Part shown: piece after piece, positions 8,297-18,151 of the stretch
How positions within the stretch are numbered: position 1 is the stretch's first letter
Layout of the letters: every line of letters begins with the position of its first letter
DNA from: a virus
DNA: 64,000 nt
IMG/VR virus record: IMGVR_UViG_3300047091_000002
Location: 1-64,000 of that record
Strand: one strand, 5' to 3'
Position numbers and translations under genes: made by a program
Notes under the pieces: generated by a model
What the model was told of the DNA's origin: nothing
What the model saw: the letters and a program-made list of their open reading frames with translations, nothing else
Database searches by the model: none

Positions 8297-8303
8297 ATAA
8301 AGA

Positions 8304-8924
8304 ATGGATGATTTAATTATAATATCTCGACAAGAAACAGCTACAGAATGCCATGAAAAAGCTATAGTAGCTGCCGATAATATAACATCTTCTGTTCATG
8401 CTATTAGAACTTATTGGCTTGAACTAGCAGAAGCCCTTGCTCCAATATATGAAAATGAATATTGGCACGAACTAGGTTTTAATTCTTGGGGAGCCTATAT
8501 AAAAGCGATAGGAATGCGAGTTACTACTGCTATGAATTCAGTTCGTCCTTATATAGAATTGATGAAGGCTAATATTAGTCCTCGCCTTTTAGAAGAAGTA
8601 CCTCAGAATCGCGCTGTAGAGCTTGCTGTGGTGGCAAAAGCCTCTGGAGGTAAGTTAGAGCCTTCTTTGATAGAAAAAGCCAAGGATACGGGTTCTAGGC
8701 TCAAGGCGCAGGCTTTTAGAGAAGCTATAGAAGTAGAAAAGGATAAATACGGAATAGAAAACTTCCGTACTATCAAATTAACCGTTCCTAAATCTCTTTA
8801 TGAAATGTGGTCGGCAATGGTAAATCATTTTGCTGGAAAGACAGAACCAACACCCGCAGATATGACCCATTTATTTGAAATTTGTTTAAGTGCAGCAACA
8901 CCGGAGGTTTACGGAGAGGGATAA
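8304..8924 (+). CDS. Hypothetical helical protein, possibly DNA-binding
   Basis: 206-aa ORF, first gene after a strong promoter. Confidence 0.65.
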   Translation: MDDLIIISRQETATECHEKAIVAADNITSSVHAIRTYWLELAEALAPIYENEYWHELGFNSWGAYIKAIGMRVTTAMNSVRPYIELMKANISPRLLEEVPQNRAVELAVVAKASGGKLEPSLIEKAKDTGSRLKAQAFREAIEVEKDKYGIENFRTIKLTVPKSLYEMWSAMVNHFAGKTEPTPADMTHLFEICLSAATPEVYGEG

Positions 8925-9164
8925 ATGAAAACAATTCGTACGATTGCAATCTTACTAATTTTTATTTTTGTAGGTATTATTATTATTTGGATAGGCAATT
9001 CTGCTAATGTTGCCCCAGGACAGCAAATTGTAACTCTTACTATCAAAGGAATTACTGCTAATCCTATTACAGCCAAACAATTTATTGGGGATTCAATAAA
9101 AATTATCGATCCAAATAATTTTGATCATATTATTTGTGAAATAAAAATTGATAAGGTAGAATAA
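8925..9164 (+). CDS. Hypothetical membrane-anchored protein
   Basis: N-terminal hydrophobic helix; GGAG RBS. Confidence 0.6.
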   Translation: MKTIRTIAILLIFIFVGIIIIWIGNSANVAPGQQIVTLTIKGITANPITAKQFIGDSIKIIDPNNFDHIICEIKIDKVE

Positions 9165-9203
9165 ATATATAATAAGTATAACACTAAAGGTTTATGGAAA
9201 ATA

Positions 9204-9506
9204 ATGATTGAATATTTTGTAAAATATAAAACTGATAATGGTGTGGGTTACTTTTCTGACACGGTTCGATCTGCTATCGACGTTCTTGATTTACTATCTC
9301 CGCAAAAATTAAAAAATTGCTCAAATGTTGTTCTTATGCAAAGAGAAGTTATAGAAAAACCTATAACAGGGGAACAACTAAGTGCTTTATTTTATGAACT
9401 TTATGCAAAACTAGCGATGTGTAAAGAAGAATTATTGAAACTTACGGCAGAATATCATATTCTAAAGGAATCATTGATGCCAGCAAAAGCTATGGAGAAT
9501 AAATAA
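9204..9506 (+). CDS. Hypothetical protein with C-terminal coiled coil
   Basis: ORF in operon-like run. Confidence 0.6.
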   Translation: MIEYFVKYKTDNGVGYFSDTVRSAIDVLDLLSPQKLKNCSNVVLMQREVIEKPITGEQLSALFYELYAKLAMCKEELLKLTAEYHILKESLMPAKAMENK

Positions 9507-9749
9507 ATGGTTGAATTAGGAAAGAAATATAAGGATAAGATTACTCAATTTGAAGGTATTTGTACTGGATATGTTAAATATATATCCGGCTGTAATCAAG
9601 CATTACTTGTACCAAAAGTACTAAAGGATGGTTCACTACCCGAACCTGTGTGGTTTGATGAACAGAGATTGAAAAAAATATCTGATGTTAAAATTAAATT
9701 AGATAATTCAAAAAGTCCCGGATTTGATAAACAAGCACCTATAAGGTAA
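9507..9749 (+). CDS. Conserved-looking phage hypothetical protein
   Basis: LGKKYKDKITQFEGICTG...WFDEQRL pattern. Confidence 0.65.
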   Translation: MVELGKKYKDKITQFEGICTGYVKYISGCNQALLVPKVLKDGSLPEPVWFDEQRLKKISDVKIKLDNSKSPGFDKQAPIR

Positions 9750-9751
9750 TT

Positions 9752-9988
9752 ATGGCAGAAGAAAAGATACTAGAACTACTTGATGCAGCAATTGTACAGT
9801 TAAATTCTTTAGGAAAACAGGTGGAAGTAGGCGATTATTTTGAGTATAAGGTCGGTATACGAGTATTTCGAGTTATTGTAGAAGGTGCTAAAGATCAAGC
9901 GCATCTACTAATTGCGGAACGAGATTCTTTAGTTGAACGAGAAGAATTTTTGGAAAAGCAAATTATTGATAGTAGACGATGTACCTGA
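9752..9988 (+). CDS. Hypothetical protein
   Basis: ORF in operon-like run. Confidence 0.55.
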   Translation: MAEEKILELLDAAIVQLNSLGKQVEVGDYFEYKVGIRVFRVIVEGAKDQAHLLIAERDSLVEREEFLEKQIIDSRRCT

Positions 9989-10016
9989 AATTATTTTAGT
10001 TATTGAATAAGGGTTT

Positions 10017-10295
10017 ATGGAACAACAGATAAAAACTTGTACTAATTGTGATCACTGTATGGTCACATTAAGAATAAATAAAACTCCAGAAGATCTTCTT
10101 AAGGAGGAACCTGGTCCTCTCTCTCTATTCGGAGAGTTAGATTCTAAGATAAAGAAAGTGTATTGCAGAGTCGGTTTATGGACAAATAATTACGGAGGTT
10201 CATTCGATTTTCCTTCTCTAAAGGTATTAAATGCAACCCGTGTAGCCGAAAAATACGCAAAAGATTGTCCTTTATATTCTCCAGAGGAGAAGTAA
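10017..10295 (+). CDS. Cys-containing hypothetical protein
   Basis: CTNCDHC...C...C pattern; abuts polymerase start. Confidence 0.6.
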   Translation: MEQQIKTCTNCDHCMVTLRINKTPEDLLKEEPGPLSLFGELDSKIKKVYCRVGLWTNNYGGSFDFPSLKVLNATRVAEKYAKDCPLYSPEEK

Positions 10296-12230
10296 ATGTC
10301 GTTTGAACGGTTTATTATCCAGCCATCTTGGGTTAATAGAGTTACAGAACGGATAAGTAATGCTGATATAGTTGGAATAGATTTAGAAACTTATCCGAAG
10401 CCCTCATTTAAGAATCATTCTAAGGGTGGATTAGATCCTTATCTAAGCGAGATTCGCAGTATTACTTTAGCTATTGCCGGATATTCTTTCTTTATAGATT
10501 TGCAAAAGATCAGAGATATTGAACCTCTATTAAAGGCTTTTCGAGACCGGAAGATAACGTATGTTAGTCACAATCAACGTTTTGAAGTTTCTCATCTACT
10601 AAATAAATACGATACTTTCTTTGAAAGAGGTTTTTGTACTTTTTTAGCTTCGCAAATGTTAACACCTGTATATACTTATGCAAAACATTCATTAGAAGCC
10701 TGCGTTGATAAATGGTTGGGTATAAAACTGGATAAAACATCCCAGAAATCTGACTGGTCTGGAGAATTAAGTCAGGAACAAATAGATTATGCCTTTACTG
10801 ATGCGGAGATTCTTCTACCACTATATGATAAATTTCACGGATTATTAGATCGGGCAGGAATGATGAAGGCTGCCCAAATCGAGTTCGATTGCATACTAGC
10901 TATTGCAGATATGGAACTTACGGGAGTTTGCAGAGATTTAGATATGATAAAAGAACTTGATGCTGTTTTAAATACGCGAATAAATATTCTTAAAGAATAC
11001 CTTCAATATGAATTCCCTAAATCTCTTTTAGGGAAACAACAGAGGAGTTTTCTCTTAGATGATCCTATCAATATTGATTCTCCGTTGCAGTTGAAAAAAG
11101 CGTTCAAAGAAAAAACTGGAATAAGTCTCGAAATTCCTGATGAATACGATAATTCAGGAAAGAAAAAAAAGAAGCCGGGGCTATCTTCTGTAATAGTAAA
11201 ACATAGACACCTATATCCTAAATTAATTGATGCTATTATAGACTATGGCTCATTATCTCATATGAAAGCAAGTTTTGCAGAACCACTTCTTTCGGATGAA
11301 CATATCCATCCTGTATCTGGTAGAATTCATCCCGATTATATGCAATTAGGACAACAGACAGGCAGATGCGCTATGAAGAATCCTAATTTTAACTTTCCTG
11401 CTCCCTATAAGTTCGGACCTGCCGTAAAAGCATCTGATCCTATTTTTGGTCCTAACTATTACTACCCAAAGAGTTTTCGTAATACTATAATTCCGCAAGA
11501 AGGGAATTTATATTCCATAGTAGATTTTGCTAATAGTCAACTGAGAATAATAGCAGATACGCCTTTTGCTAATGAAAAGGCGTTGCAGGAAGAATTCGCT
11601 CTTTCTACGGGTGCTGATCCTTATAGCAGAATCGGAGCAATTGGAATGACTCTACGAGACGGCAGAGAATGGACAAAGCAAGAAATTAAGGCAAGTGGTA
11701 TCAGGCAAAAATACAAAACTTTAACATTAGCCTTAGCTTTTATCTGTTCTGCAAAAAGATTTCAAAGTCAGCAATTGGATGATACTCGCATCGAACCACC
11801 CCTAGATCAATGCGAACAGGAAATCGCTAATTTTTATCAAGCACTTCCGGGGATGAAGAAGTGGCAAAGGGACTTTCCTCCAATTGTTAGGGAACAAGGC
11901 TATGTCCGTACTAAAGCAGGAAGAAAGATATTTATACCACCTGAATACTGCACTGCAAATAGAGCAGTAAATTTTGGAGTAGTCGGTACTGAATGTGACG
12001 GAGCAAAATTAGCTCTAGGAAGATTTTCAAGAGAATTAAGAAAAAAGAATTACGCATCACGACCTGTACTATTTCTATACGATGAAATTATAGCCGATAC
12101 TCCCTCTTCCGAGATAGATGATATAAGAATATTACAGGAAAAAATAATGCTTGATTCCATGCAAGAACAACTGGTAGATGTTCCAGCAGGTGTAGATGGA
12201 CATATGGGAGACTCTTGGGCAAGTAAATAA
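10296..12230 (+). CDS. polA: Family A DNA polymerase with 3'-5' exonuclease, divergent active site
   Basis: ExoI GIDLET, ExoIII YAFTDA, IHPDYMQLGQQTGR, motif A VDFANSQLR, motif B RQKYK, motif C LYDEII; no 5'-3' exonuclease domain. Confidence 0.92.
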   Translation: MSFERFIIQPSWVNRVTERISNADIVGIDLETYPKPSFKNHSKGGLDPYLSEIRSITLAIAGYSFFIDLQKIRDIEPLLKAFRDRKITYVSHNQRFEVSHLLNKYDTFFERGFCTFLASQMLTPVYTYAKHSLEACVDKWLGIKLDKTSQKSDWSGELSQEQIDYAFTDAEILLPLYDKFHGLLDRAGMMKAAQIEFDCILAIADMELTGVCRDLDMIKELDAVLNTRINILKEYLQYEFPKSLLGKQQRSFLLDDPINIDSPLQLKKAFKEKTGISLEIPDEYDNSGKKKKKPGLSSVIVKHRHLYPKLIDAIIDYGSLSHMKASFAEPLLSDEHIHPVSGRIHPDYMQLGQQTGRCAMKNPNFNFPAPYKFGPAVKASDPIFGPNYYYPKSFRNTIIPQEGNLYSIVDFANSQLRIIADTPFANEKALQEEFALSTGADPYSRIGAIGMTLRDGREWTKQEIKASGIRQKYKTLTLALAFICSAKRFQSQQLDDTRIEPPLDQCEQEIANFYQALPGMKKWQRDFPPIVREQGYVRTKAGRKIFIPPEYCTANRAVNFGVVGTECDGAKLALGRFSRELRKKNYASRPVLFLYDEIIADTPSSEIDDIRILQEKIMLDSMQEQLVDVPAGVDGHMGDSWASK

Positions 12231-12244
12231 ATTCAAATTCCTTT

Positions 12245-12460
12245 ATGAAATATACAATTAGAAATTGTAATCAAATATGGACTGTAGATGCAGAAGATAA
12301 AGATTCTGCAATTAAGCAGGCTTTTAAACAAGAACCACCTAAAAATGTAGGGCTATTAGTAGAAATTAAAGAGGGAGAAAATCCTACAGATAATGATATA
12401 TATTTAATATCGGGCCATGATGCGCTAGAGATAGCAGAAATTTCTGTATTGAGAGGTTAA
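12245..12460 (+). CDS. Hypothetical protein
   Basis: ORF in operon-like run. Confidence 0.55.
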   Translation: MKYTIRNCNQIWTVDAEDKDSAIKQAFKQEPPKNVGLLVEIKEGENPTDNDIYLISGHDALEIAEISVLRG

Positions 12461-12461
12461 T

Positions 12462-12962
12462 ATGATAATAGAAGAAAAAGATTTTGATGCTTCGGAAAAT
12501 ATTTTACCTGTCTATCTTGGAGATGACAAACCATCATACGTAAATAAAATTAGGACTAATTTTATTAATCCAGAGTCGGAAGAGATTATTCCAAGGGTTC
12601 CGCATAAAAACGATATAGAGTTAGTAAAATCTGACCTTTCATATAAAGGACTTAGTTATAAAAGTCAAGAACTTCTGCATACTTTAGCGGAATTGGGCGC
12701 AGGTCAAACAGAGTTCTCTTTAACATTTACCCATCTTTATGATAAGATAAAAACTTCTAGTAAGCACAAAAGCTTAAAGAAGCAATTTGAATACGTTTTA
12801 AACGCATTTACTAGATTGTTCTTAGAGCAATTAAGGTCGGGTACTACGTATTTAGTAGCAGAATTTGGTGAAGGTATGAATATTAAAATTAAATTACCAT
12901 TTCTATCCGTAACAACTAAAATAGTTGAAGAAACAAACTCTTTAAATGTGAATCCTGAATGA
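12462..12962 (+). CDS. Hypothetical protein
   Basis: 166-aa ORF with GAGG RBS. Confidence 0.6.
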   Translation: MIIEEKDFDASENILPVYLGDDKPSYVNKIRTNFINPESEEIIPRVPHKNDIELVKSDLSYKGLSYKSQELLHTLAELGAGQTEFSLTFTHLYDKIKTSSKHKSLKKQFEYVLNAFTRLFLEQLRSGTTYLVAEFGEGMNIKIKLPFLSVTTKIVEETNSLNVNPE

Positions 12963-13438
12963 TAATAACTTTATTCTCTCAACCACTTGTTCAAACTGAT
13001 GTTGCAGTTGTTACTCATCATTTAGTAAGTAAATACGGATTCATAAAAGAATCTTTTATGGCTCCCTATTATGCGTTTAAGGCTGCGTTAGATTCCGTTG
13101 ATCCTGTCGGATATAAACTAGAAGTATCTCCTACGTTCTGGGAACAAGCTTTAGAGATTAGACTTCAACCTCACATTCATTATGGAAATGATGTGGTAAT
13201 TGTTGATGGGCAGGAATCCCCTACCTTTTTCCAGACTACAGAATTTTGTGAATCTGCAATAAATTTTGATGTGGAAATTCGCCGGGAAATAAATACTAGA
13301 AATTTTGTAGTAGATTATCTTCTGGTAAACAATGGAACATTACCAGATTTTCTAGACAAAATAGATAAGATGGTAGTTGCATTAGCAGAATGCGCTGGAA
13401 CAGTTAGTACAAAACTCAGAAGCGGCATATCATCATGA
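12959..13438 (+). CDS. dNMP-kinase-like protein with degenerate P-loop
   Basis: MIITL..., YGFIKESFMAP and DYLLVNNGTLPDF resemble phage dNMP kinases; no GxxxxGK(T/S). Confidence 0.45.
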   Translation: MIITLFSQPLVQTDVAVVTHHLVSKYGFIKESFMAPYYAFKAALDSVDPVGYKLEVSPTFWEQALEIRLQPHIHYGNDVVIVDGQESPTFFQTTEFCESAINFDVEIRREINTRNFVVDYLLVNNGTLPDFLDKIDKMVVALAECAGTVSTKLRSGISS

Positions 13439-13644
13439 AGGGAAAACTTGATTCCTATAAACCCTGTGACTGTGGAGATGACTGCGATTATGCAAAAGAT
13501 AACGAACCTTGTTGGGGAGAGGTTCATGTTGTGCAAGAAATAACTTGGGAAGATGGTTGGGATTACGAACATGCTTGCGAAGGACATTCAAATTGTTGTT
13601 TTTTCGGTTCTTATATTTACTATGATTTTTTAAACATTTTATGA
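13435..13644 (+). CDS. Small Cys-rich hypothetical protein
   Basis: ATGA overlaps on both sides; multiple Cys/His. Confidence 0.55.
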   Translation: MKGKLDSYKPCDCGDDCDYAKDNEPCWGEVHVVQEITWEDGWDYEHACEGHSNCCFFGSYIYYDFLNIL

Positions 13645-14495
13645 ATTATGACCCAAATACTAATTTACCAGAAGCCCTTTATCATGCTCTCATAGATAAT
13701 GAATATTCCAGAGGAGAATCTAAATATTCTGCGACAGATCTAATTAGTCCTCCACAAATAGTACAATTAACTAGGAGACATTCAGATGAGATTACGATTA
13801 ATCCGACTTCTAATTTTCACTCTATGTTGGGTTCTGCTATCCATGACTTGTTGGATAGAAAAAGTAAGCAGTTAAATCTTCCCCATGAAATAGCGGAACA
13901 AAGGTTAATCCAAGAAGTATTGGGAATTCCTATATCAGGAGAACCTGATGTATTTTGCACCCTCGAAGATGGTCAAATAGATGATTATAAGCTGGTAAAA
14001 GTAGATGCTCTTTATTTCTTTCCTAAAGTAGAGCATGAACAACAATTAAATATCTACAGCTTTTTTCGCAGAATGAATGGTGATAAGGTATCTAGATTAA
14101 GAATTATAGCATTGCTTAAAGATTGGTCTGAGGTAAAAGTAGGGACTAAAAAAGAATACCCGTCAGAACCTATTAAGATATATAATATTCCTCTCTGGTC
14201 AGAAGAACAAGCAATTCAATTCATAGAAGAAAGAATTAAAATTCATGAAGCGGCAGAACTACTTCCTGACGATCAATTATTTGAATGCACTGATGAAGAA
14301 CGTTGGAGAAAGTGGCTGGTAAGAGAAAAAGGAACCTCCAAAATAAAGAAGTTCTCTTCTAGAAAATTAGCCGCCGAATTTATTGACGCAAATCCTGATA
14401 AAAAGTACATTATGAAACCGGATATAGCATTGCGTTGCAGTATATATTGCAGGGTTTCAAAATATTGCCAGCAACTTAAACGAGAGGTACAATAA
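13641..14495 (+). CDS. PD-(D/E)XK exonuclease (Cas4/RecB-like, phage type)
   Basis: SATDL, GSAIH, ISGEPD, IDDYK, QQLNIY, C-terminal C...RCSIYCRVSKYC cluster. Confidence 0.88.
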   Translation: MNYDPNTNLPEALYHALIDNEYSRGESKYSATDLISPPQIVQLTRRHSDEITINPTSNFHSMLGSAIHDLLDRKSKQLNLPHEIAEQRLIQEVLGIPISGEPDVFCTLEDGQIDDYKLVKVDALYFFPKVEHEQQLNIYSFFRRMNGDKVSRLRIIALLKDWSEVKVGTKKEYPSEPIKIYNIPLWSEEQAIQFIEERIKIHEAAELLPDDQLFECTDEERWRKWLVREKGTSKIKKFSSRKLAAEFIDANPDKKYIMKPDIALRCSIYCRVSKYCQQLKREVQ

Positions 14496-14499
14496 AGTA

Positions 14500-14751
14500 A
14501 TGGATGAACTAGAGATGTGGAAATATGCAATGGAACAGGGACGTATTGCTGGCGATGCGAGGATGCAATCTGAGAAACGAGATAAATGGAATCCATTAGA
14601 TTTTGCAGAAGCGATGAACATTACGGAAAAAACAATGGATCAGTTTATGAATCAGTTTGCAGGCCCATTTCTGTGTCAATATTCATCTGAATATAAAAAT
14701 GGACAAATTGTAATAATTGCTGGAGATAATGTGATGAATGGAGTAATCTAA
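14500..14751 (+). CDS. Hypothetical protein
   Basis: ORF after exonuclease. Confidence 0.55.
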   Translation: MDELEMWKYAMEQGRIAGDARMQSEKRDKWNPLDFAEAMNITEKTMDQFMNQFAGPFLCQYSSEYKNGQIVIIAGDNVMNGVI

Positions 14752-14898
14752 TGGGTATTCAAAACAAACATATACTAGAATGTGATGGTTATAATTGTCA
14801 AGGTAGTAGGTACGACCCTTACTTTTGCGGGACATCGGAGTACGAGAAGGATATTTTTTATTTACAGCAAGTAATTTATCAAGATAAAGAAAACAATA

Positions 14899-15081
14899 AT
14901 GGATGATTGCCCAAACTGTAGCTATCCAACATTTAACGGTTGGGAATGTAAGAAATGCGGATATGAAATACCACAAAAAGCTCGTAAAGCTTACGGTAAA
15001 CTTTTAACAGAGGAGGAGGCTAAAGAAGCTCGAAAGAAATTAGATATTCCAGAGAAGGGAAATGAAATGGAAACTGACTAA
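14899..15081 (+). CDS. Small Zn-ribbon protein
   Basis: CPNC...CKKC. Confidence 0.55.
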   Translation: MDDCPNCSYPTFNGWECKKCGYEIPQKARKAYGKLLTEEEAKEARKKLDIPEKGNEMETD

Positions 15082-15271
15082 AAAATCAAATTATTATCAA
15101 CCTTTTCTTACGAACATTGATAATTCAGTACAATGTATCGTATGTATTGATTCTAAAGAAGTTTTAACAGATAAAAATATTTGGATTTCGTGTCCAAAAT
15201 GTAATTCTATTGATTTAAATAAGAACAAAGAACTAGAATAGTCATTAGCGAGCAAGGGGTAACGGGTAAGT

Positions 15272-16753
15272 ATGGAATTACGACCATATCAAATAGAAGC
15301 TATCGAAAAATTAAGACAAAAATTTAGAGAAGGAAAAAGGAGAATTGTATTACAACTTCCGACAGGATCAGGAAAAACTATTCTCTCGGCAGAAATGATT
15401 AGAGCATGTTTGGCGAAGAAAAACAAATGCATATTTACGGCAGACCTTATAACATTAATCGAACAAACAAGCACGAGATTTGATGAATATGGTCTTTCTC
15501 ATGGTATTATTCAAGGAAAACATGAGAAATTTGATCCGAATCAACCCTTACAAATATGTTCTATACAGACTTTAAATAAAAGAGAGTTTCCTCCTGCCGA
15601 TTTTATAGTTATAGATGAAGTTCATACATTGCATAAAGCCCACATAAGATTGATGGAGGCTAATCCTGGTATTCCTGTTGTAGGACTTTCTGCGACACCT
15701 TGGACAAAAGGTTTAGGTAGATATTTTGATGATCTTGTAGTTGGTTGCACTACACAAGAACTTGTAGATATGGGATTTCTTGTAGATACAAGAGTATTTG
15801 CTCCAACTATTCCCGATCTTTCAAAGGTTGGAATTAGGGCAGGGGATTATATCGAAAAGCAATTAGCAGAAACAATGGATACTAAACTTTTAAATGGTGA
15901 TATTGTTGACCATTGGCTACGCTTAGGAGAAAATAGACAAACGATTAGTTTTGGAGTAAATGTAGCGCACTCAAAACATATAGCAAGACAATTTCAAGAA
16001 GCTGGAATTTCTGCTGCTCACATAGATGGTTACATGACTGCCCCAAAAGCTGCCGAAGAACGTAAACAAATTCTAGAAAATTTTAGAAATGGAAAAATTA
16101 AAATTCTTTCAAGTGTAGGTGTATTAACTAAGGGTTTTGATTACCCTGGTGCCAGTTGCATTGTAATGGCGAGACCTACTCGATCTTTAATGCTTTTTAT
16201 CCAATGTCTTGGAAGAGGAATACGTAGTTTTCCAGGGAAGTTAGATTGTCTTATATTGGATCATTCTGGTAATACTCTTAGACACGGATTTATTACTGAT
16301 CCCCTACCCTGTGAATTAGATGATGGAAAAAAGAAAGAAACGCCTTTAGTTAAACCAAAGACAGAAGAGAAACTGCCAAAAGTTTGTCCAGTATGTAAAT
16401 TTGTAAAACCGGCAGGCTTAAGAACTTGTCCGGTATGCAGCTTTACTCCCGAAAAACAAAGCGATATAGTACATACAGACGAACAACTAGTAGAAGTAAA
16501 AAAGAGTAAGATAAGCCGTGAGATGAAACAGAATTTTTATTCAGAATTACTAAAAATACAAATAGAAAATAACTATAAAGCCGGATGGGTAGCAAACTGT
16601 TTTAAGGATCGTTTCGATATTTGGCCTCGCAAACTATTAAAAATACCCGCAGTTGACGTAAGTATTGAAACATATAATTATGTACAGGCTAAGAAAATTA
16701 AATATTCAAAAGATATGAGAGGAAAAACTGTAGCGGCCAGTTGCGAACAATAA
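15272..16753 (+). CDS. Superfamily 2 (DEAH) helicase with Zn finger, RadD/YejH-like
   Basis: LRPYQ, PTGSGKT, DEVH, SATP, GFDYP, ARPTRS..Q.LGRG.R, CPVC..CPVC. Confidence 0.93.
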   Translation: MELRPYQIEAIEKLRQKFREGKRRIVLQLPTGSGKTILSAEMIRACLAKKNKCIFTADLITLIEQTSTRFDEYGLSHGIIQGKHEKFDPNQPLQICSIQTLNKREFPPADFIVIDEVHTLHKAHIRLMEANPGIPVVGLSATPWTKGLGRYFDDLVVGCTTQELVDMGFLVDTRVFAPTIPDLSKVGIRAGDYIEKQLAETMDTKLLNGDIVDHWLRLGENRQTISFGVNVAHSKHIARQFQEAGISAAHIDGYMTAPKAAEERKQILENFRNGKIKILSSVGVLTKGFDYPGASCIVMARPTRSLMLFIQCLGRGIRSFPGKLDCLILDHSGNTLRHGFITDPLPCELDDGKKKETPLVKPKTEEKLPKVCPVCKFVKPAGLRTCPVCSFTPEKQSDIVHTDEQLVEVKKSKISREMKQNFYSELLKIQIENNYKAGWVANCFKDRFDIWPRKLLKIPAVDVSIETYNYVQAKKIKYSKDMRGKTVAASCEQ

Positions 16754-17076
16754 TTATGGCAATTATCAATTTTGGTAATGTTAAATTCTGCGGAGAGTCG
16801 AATACCGCATGCAAGTTGATGCTGAATGTATACACAAATAAGATACTTGAAGTATTTGCAAATTATAATTCTAAACACAAATATGATGATTTGACAGAAT
16901 ATAAACATTACAATACTTATCTAGATCACAAAATATTTCCAAAATTAGAAAATGCAAACTTTGAACTAGGCTATAAAGGTAGTTGGGATACTAAAACTTG
17001 GGTACAAATTGATAAAACTCCATTGAAACAGGCAATGCTATTTCCAGATGATTTGGAGGAAAATCAGTGCTTGTAA
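16741..17076 (+). CDS. Hypothetical protein
   Basis: ORF in operon-like run; start uncertain. Confidence 0.5.
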   Translation: MRTIIMAIINFGNVKFCGESNTACKLMLNVYTNKILEVFANYNSKHKYDDLTEYKHYNTYLDHKIFPKLENANFELGYKGSWDTKTWVQIDKTPLKQAMLFPDDLEENQCL

Positions 17077-17417
17077 GAATAATAGTAAATAGACATAACG
17101 TTCTACGAAATAAGAAACACGGTACCAGATTACCAATATTTTCAATTCATAAAAGTGGACAAAAGGTAGAACGTTCTAACAGTATAAACCTACCTGAAGG
17201 TGCCAAACTTATTTATAGTCCAGGTAAACCACTTAACTGCGGTGCTACAGTTTGGATAGAATATGACGATAACTGTAAATCTACAGCCGAATCAGATTCC
17301 AATATATCAGAACTTTTCCATAAGTTATGGGGAAATGCAATTGTAACAAATCATTATATTAAATCTAATTGGACATCGCTGCAAAAACTGCTACAAAAAA
17401 GAGGTATCAAAGTTTAA
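17067..17417 (+). CDS. Hypothetical protein
   Basis: IVNRHNV...YSPGKPLNCGATVWIE pattern; coupled ORF. Confidence 0.6.
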   Translation: MLVRIIVNRHNVLRNKKHGTRLPIFSIHKSGQKVERSNSINLPEGAKLIYSPGKPLNCGATVWIEYDDNCKSTAESDSNISELFHKLWGNAIVTNHYIKSNWTSLQKLLQKRGIKV

Positions 17418-17825
17418 ATGCCAGCTATTTCATTTGGTTCAGACGAATATACTGCTCCAGCTTTCTCGTGTACTATAGTAACACATTTCGTAATGCTTTC
17501 TGAGGAAGAGATTATTCGAGATGGCATAAAACTTTTAAGTAATTTTAATGATATTAAAGCTCCTCTAGTATACGGGTCATTTGATGAACTCTGCCAACAG
17601 GTACAAGGCACGTTAAATCAATACTTAGCCAAATTCTTAGTTAAACAACAAATTCCAGCAGGGGACGTATTCTTATTTCAATATGAAAATCATTATGGAT
17701 TTTACTTAGAGTTAAATGATTTAGCTTCTATAATCTACGATGGTATACAAGAAGCTTATCAAATGATATTTGAACGAATGCAGGAGAAATCAGATGCAGG
17801 AGTTACTAATAAAGATTCCGAATAG
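17418..17825 (+). CDS. Hypothetical protein
   Basis: 135-aa ORF abutting upstream stop. Confidence 0.6.
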   Translation: MPAISFGSDEYTAPAFSCTIVTHFVMLSEEEIIRDGIKLLSNFNDIKAPLVYGSFDELCQQVQGTLNQYLAKFLVKQQIPAGDVFLFQYENHYGFYLELNDLASIIYDGIQEAYQMIFERMQEKSDAGVTNKDSE

Positions 17826-17953
17826 ATGTGTAACTATATATTCTGATAAATATAATAGACTTATTGAAGAGGTTCTAAAATATCAAAAGAAACAGCAAGA
17901 CGATGATATAAATCAGTGGGCAAATACATTAGCAAACCAAGTATGTGATTTAG

Positions 17954-18151
17954 TTGATTAAAGCTATTATGAAATGGATTAAAGATTTTGTAAAAACGTA
18001 TCTTCAATATATGAAACTATCTATAATTTCAATGTTAATAGTTATTCTTGTACTCACTGCCATACTTGGCTCTCCGATGCAGAGTTTCATTGCAATTTTA
18101 TTACTTATCAGTTGGCTGTATTGGATGATTTACAACGGAAAGGCTTATTAG
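17954..18151 (+). CDS. Small two-TM membrane protein
   Basis: Two hydrophobic stretches. Confidence 0.55.
   Translation: MIKAIMKWIKDFVKTYLQYMKLSIISMLIVILVLTAILGSPMQSFIAILLLISWLYWMIYNGKAY

Noticed and set aside
14773-14801. Minus-strand TTGACA-N18-TAGTAT promoter
   Set aside because: Suboptimal spacing, and the only downstream ORF (14683..14976 region) looks spurious
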